From positions 1 to 42,898 of the forward strand of contig JABIHA010000099.1 of assembly GCA_018649885.1 (NCBI GenBank): DNA of 42,898 nt. The letters are read 5' to 3'. The number at the start of each line of letters is the position of its first letter. Position 1 is the first letter of the stretch. Source of the stretch: Bacteriovoracaceae bacterium (GTDB lineage Bacteria > Bdellovibrionota > Bacteriovoracia > Bacteriovoracales > Bacteriovoracaceae). Both the position numbers and the translations under genes were made by a program. Below, piece by piece: positions 40,873-42,898 of this stretch. The notes below the pieces were generated by a model that was not told the DNA's origin, did no database searches, and saw only the letters and a list, made by a program, of their open reading frames with translations.

Positions 40873-41034
40873 CTTCTCTCCCCAAAGGTCATTATACCTC
40901 AATTTCCCTACTCATCAGACGGTTGATAATGACGGGATTCCATCTAGTTAAAGGTAGTAGAAATATTATTTATTTAGTTTGAAAAATAGCTTGAGATAAA
41001 GAGATAAAGTATCACGCACTGAAAAAGAGGCTTA

Positions 41035-41153
41035 ATTGATGTAATAAGAGGGCTTAGAGTGATGCTCGATAGTGATTTAGCAGAGCTTTATGGTGTAACG
41101 ACGAAGAGGTTAAGGAAAGAGAACTTTTAAGGTCGCAATTTGCGACCTTAAAA
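41035..41153 (+). pseudogene. ORF6N-domain gene remnant with internal deletion
   Basis: IDVIRGLRVMLDSDLAELYGVTTKRL, followed in another frame by ELLRSQFATLK. The usual intervening RN..RFP.DFMFQL segment is absent. Confidence 0.85.
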
Positions 41154-41281
41154 AAATCATTGGCATTGAAAGAAACCAGAAAAATATTTGTTGAGAATCA
41201 AACCTCCTCCAATTGATGATGCAGAGTTTAACCGCTAAGATGAAACGGGGCGCACACCGGGGCCAAGACGAGAATGGATTA

Positions 41282-42631
41282 TTAAATCACGAGATCATCC
41301 AGACCATTTGGAACGACTTCAAAATCAAGAAGTTCAGTGTTTTCTAATTGATCATATTTTTTTTCTGCTATCTTTCTTAAGTCATTAACCGTTAACTCAA
41401 CCATCTCGGTGTATTCAGCGCGTTCAACGAAAAATTCACTTTTTTTGCTGTTTGGTCGAACAATTATTGGCATATCATATCGAATGCCTACGTTTGGTAC
41501 TATCTCCGGCGATGAATCTAAAATATTTAAAAGGATTTGAGGACTTGCATACAAAAGACCTTGCCTCTTATCAAAAAAAGCATCGCTCATGGTATTTTTT
41601 TTCTTGATTAAGTTCAGATCTCTTCGCGATATGGCCATCCCGATAGTTCGAATTAGCCCTATATTTGTTATCTCGTCCCTACTGGACAAATCAAGGAGCT
41701 TCGCTGCTACCTTAATTTTGGCATTACAAGAGATTCGTTCCTTATATAGGGAATTGCATGAATTAATAGGCAGCTTAATATTATTTTTAGCAGCAAAATC
41801 CATGATCTTTAAAATCGACATCTCCGATTCGTGAACATTACAGCAGGTTTCGAGACGATTTAGCTTATATCCACGCAAACCCAACTCTTTTTCGTTATGT
41901 GAAGTAAGGCTCATTTCATGTAGATTGAGATAATCAACTCCGATTAATTCAAGTTCCTTGATTAACGTCTTAAGGCGCGAAAAATCCTCAGGCACGGCCG
42001 GAATTTCAACCGTGACTTTTGGTATATACTTCAAGGCCTTGGACAGCTTTGAGAGATCATAATCAAATGCGGCAATATTGAATCGCAATTCGTCTACTCC
42101 AGCTTCCTTTAACACTTTAAGTGCTGCTTCATTTACACCAAGGCCGCTGGTATAACACCAAATATACATCGTAGAAGAAAACTCTTTTCTTATAGCAGTA
42201 CAATATTCTTTAACCAGGTCCAAGTAAAGTAGCGGCTCTCCTCCACTAAATGAAACGCCGGTTGAGCCTATCGTTTTAAGATAGGTGATGAAACTTTGAA
42301 CACTTTTAAATTCAACTCCATTAGCATTGGGAGCTCGATCAACGGATTGTGAATCAGGACAAAAGAAACAGCCGTTGGGACATTTTCCTCCAATAAAAAG
42401 GCAGGTCCATTTCCCTTCAACACAGCTTTTGCAACCAGGAGAGAGTTCACCGTAATGTATTTTATTATTGTTTTGGATAAAGTGGCAGCTTTGCTCAAGT
42501 CCTTTCCACAATTCACTACGCTTGTCCGTCTCGGCTTGTGCTTCATTATGAGTAAAAAAATGATGGTTTTTAAAAGATTTCCCAAGCGTTTTTCTGCATT
42601 CAGATATTACTTTTGAACGGTCTTTGGTCAT
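41282..42631 (-). CDS. Radical SAM protein (COG2108/MJ0021-like)
   Basis: LSPGCKSC..G...CLFIGGKCPNGCFFCP (CxxxCxxC), SGGEPLL, YTSG, AGVDELRF, VEIPAVP. Confidence 0.9.
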   Translation of the reverse strand: MTKDRSKVISECRKTLGKSFKNHHFFTHNEAQAETDKRSELWKGLEQSCHFIQNNNKIHYGELSPGCKSCVEGKWTCLFIGGKCPNGCFFCPDSQSVDRAPNANGVEFKSVQSFITYLKTIGSTGVSFSGGEPLLYLDLVKEYCTAIRKEFSSTMYIWCYTSGLGVNEAALKVLKEAGVDELRFNIAAFDYDLSKLSKALKYIPKVTVEIPAVPEDFSRLKTLIKELELIGVDYLNLHEMSLTSHNEKELGLRGYKLNRLETCCNVHESEMSILKIMDFAAKNNIKLPINSCNSLYKERISCNAKIKVAAKLLDLSSRDEITNIGLIRTIGMAISRRDLNLIKKKNTMSDAFFDKRQGLLYASPQILLNILDSSPEIVPNVGIRYDMPIIVRPNSKKSEFFVERAEYTEMVELTVNDLRKIAEKKYDQLENTELLDFEVVPNGLDDLVI

Positions 42632-42721
42632 TTATCTTCTCTCCTGCACTACTACTTATACCATTTTGTAACCAAAGGTGCCAAACCAAAGGTGCCAGGC
42701 TAGATTCTAGTTCCGAATAAT

Positions 42722-42764
42722 AGTGCGTGGCTAGAATCAAATTGCCAGTGCATTGTGAAAAGTA
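42722..42764 (+). repeat. 43-bp direct repeat, copy 2
   Basis: Identical to 38930-38972. Lies 5 bp from the terminal inverted repeat. Confidence 0.95.
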
Positions 42765-42769
42765 TCACG

Positions 42770-42891
42770 TACGAATGCTACTGCTTTAACAAAATAGTTT
42801 CATGATTCTAAAGACATACGGCCACGTGTCGTGGCCGTATTTAACTTTCTTGTTACATTAAAATTGCAAAATAAAAACAAACAAGGAAGCT
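42770..42891 (+). repeat. Right copy of the 122-bp inverted repeat, with an 11-bp hairpin and RBS leading to an ATG at 42894
   Basis: Reverse complement of 1-122. ATACGGCCACG-tgt-CGTGGCCGTAT at 42816-42840, then AAGGAAGCTTT-ATG at the window end. Confidence 0.95.
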
Positions 42892-42898
42892 TTATGAA

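Noticed and set aside
609..42585. Numerous 60-116 aa ORFs overlapping long genes in other frames or strands
   Set aside because: Shadow ORFs of well-supported CDSs with no recognisable motifs.
41282..42631. Radical SAM as a RiPP maturase or viperin-like defence gene
   Set aside because: No SPASM Cys cluster, precursor peptide or viperin-type motifs. The sequence fits the COG2108-like family.
1..42898. Linear phage or plasmid with terminal inverted repeats
   Set aside because: Content is chromosomal (acnB, hrpB, RluA) with no replication, capsid, terminase or protelomerase genes. A contig break at repeats is simpler.

Overview
AT-rich bacterial chromosomal segment, probably a whole contig. 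The TIGR02147 regulator, the TPR-wHTH regulator and many orphan secreted proteins suggest Bdellovibrionota (Bacteriovoracia-like); this is inferred from gene families. Recognisable genes: acnB, a secreted CHAP amidase, a GNAT, two tandem GT4 glycosyltransferases (the second fused to a phosphodiester glycosidase/NAGPA domain), an HEXXH metallopeptidase, hrpB, an M3 oligopeptidase lipoprotein, a 5-oxoprolinase fused to a gamma-glutamylcyclotransferase domain, a papain-like protease, an RluA-family synthase and a radical SAM protein. No intact integrase, transposase, RNA gene or CRISPR array was seen. The intergenic DNA is highly structured. Both window ends are the same 122-bp sequence in inverted orientation. 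Short imperfect palindromes (GGTGCCA/TGGCACC, TATCACGTAC) recur between genes, often beside local tandem stutters. Two ~75-bp repeats ending in a tmRNA-3'-end-like core bracket a single gene. Several gene scraps and internally deleted duplicates are present (IS30 end, CPT-like, ORF6N, a Cys-rich protein). Best candidates for novelty: the att-like single-gene cassette, the oxoprolinase-GGCT fusion, the GT4/GT4-NAGPA pair and the palindrome-associated rearrangements. All family calls come from motif recognition, not database searches.
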